From Squalus acanthias (taxonomy: Eukaryota), in assembly GCA_030390025.1 (NCBI GenBank), contig CM059453.1, positions 6,324,001-6,388,000 of the forward strand: a stretch of 64,000 bases of DNA, read 5' to 3'. Positions 63,561-64,000 of the stretch are shown here, piece by piece (position 1 is the stretch's first letter; the number at the start of each line of letters is the position of its first letter). Under the pieces are notes generated by a model that had not been told where the DNA came from, did not search any database, and worked only from the letters and a program-made list of their open reading frames with translations. The position numbers were made by a program, and so were the translations under genes.

Positions 63561-64000
63561 TGCTGCGCAACCAATGGTTTAACTATGGCCTAATTGCCTC
63601 GCTGGTTTATATCAGAGCTAACACATGCGGTCTGAAGGTGAAGTCTGCTCCAGTGGTAAAGGGTCCCATGCTTTATTCGCAGGTCTGTGCGAGGCTGGCA
63701 GCGGCCGCACTATCAATGACATCGACGATAAATGGAATGAAACAGCCAGTGAACCAATTCCTGATCATTGCCGCTTGACCCCTTTCCACCTGGTCACCGG
63801 GCCCGTATTTTGGCCGCGTAAGCCCAGGGTCAGGCACAACTGTGTGCACGGAGCCCACTGGCAACCAGAGCGCTGGAGTTAACAATTTCCACTGGATCCC
63901 AGTGAACAATTGAAAGCCCTATAAACGTGCGCTACCCAGATTCGAAATTAATCACGGGCGCTAACCTAAAACTGGCGTTATCGCATCGCAGGGAATTAAA

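Larger units (their letters stand above)
40650..64000 (+). repeat. Segmental duplication copy 2, lengthened by copy-specific LINE/LTR/Penelope insertions
   Basis: Same colinear similarity as copy 1; the offset grows from ~40.6 kb to ~45.6 kb. Confidence 0.93.

Overview
Eukaryotic genomic DNA, most likely a cartilaginous fish (shark), judged from HE1-like V-SINEs, SacSINE1-like DeuSINEs, abundant CR1 LINEs and Penelope elements. The window holds a tandem cluster of Siglec-like inhibitory Ig receptors. Gene B is complete (+, 38121-49246, 8 coding exons, 543 aa by my exon count): leader, V-set, 3 C2-type Ig domains, an uncharged TM, and an ITIM plus distal Tyr motif. Gene A is its paralogue (+, 723-10269); its leader and V-set exons lie upstream of the window. 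Gene C is an inverted, more diverged pseudogene (-, 25625-31925). Positions 1-~18430 and ~40650-64000 are two copies of one segmental duplication, offset by about 40.6 kb, each with its own TE insertions. Main observations: (1) both visible V-set domains keep the Siglec fold signature but lack the essential sialic-acid-binding Arg; (2) a conserved 63-nt stop-containing cassette exon after the TM exon could make a tail-less isoform or act as a poison exon; (3) the paralogues differ in their Tyr motifs (YxxI vs YxxM); (4) gene A has lost a splice acceptor; (5) four minimal hammerhead ribozyme motifs with covarying stems sit in Penelope elements; (6) there is a long-form CTCF site. All gene models were built by eye from GT/AG sites, reading phase and paralogue comparison, with no expression or database evidence.
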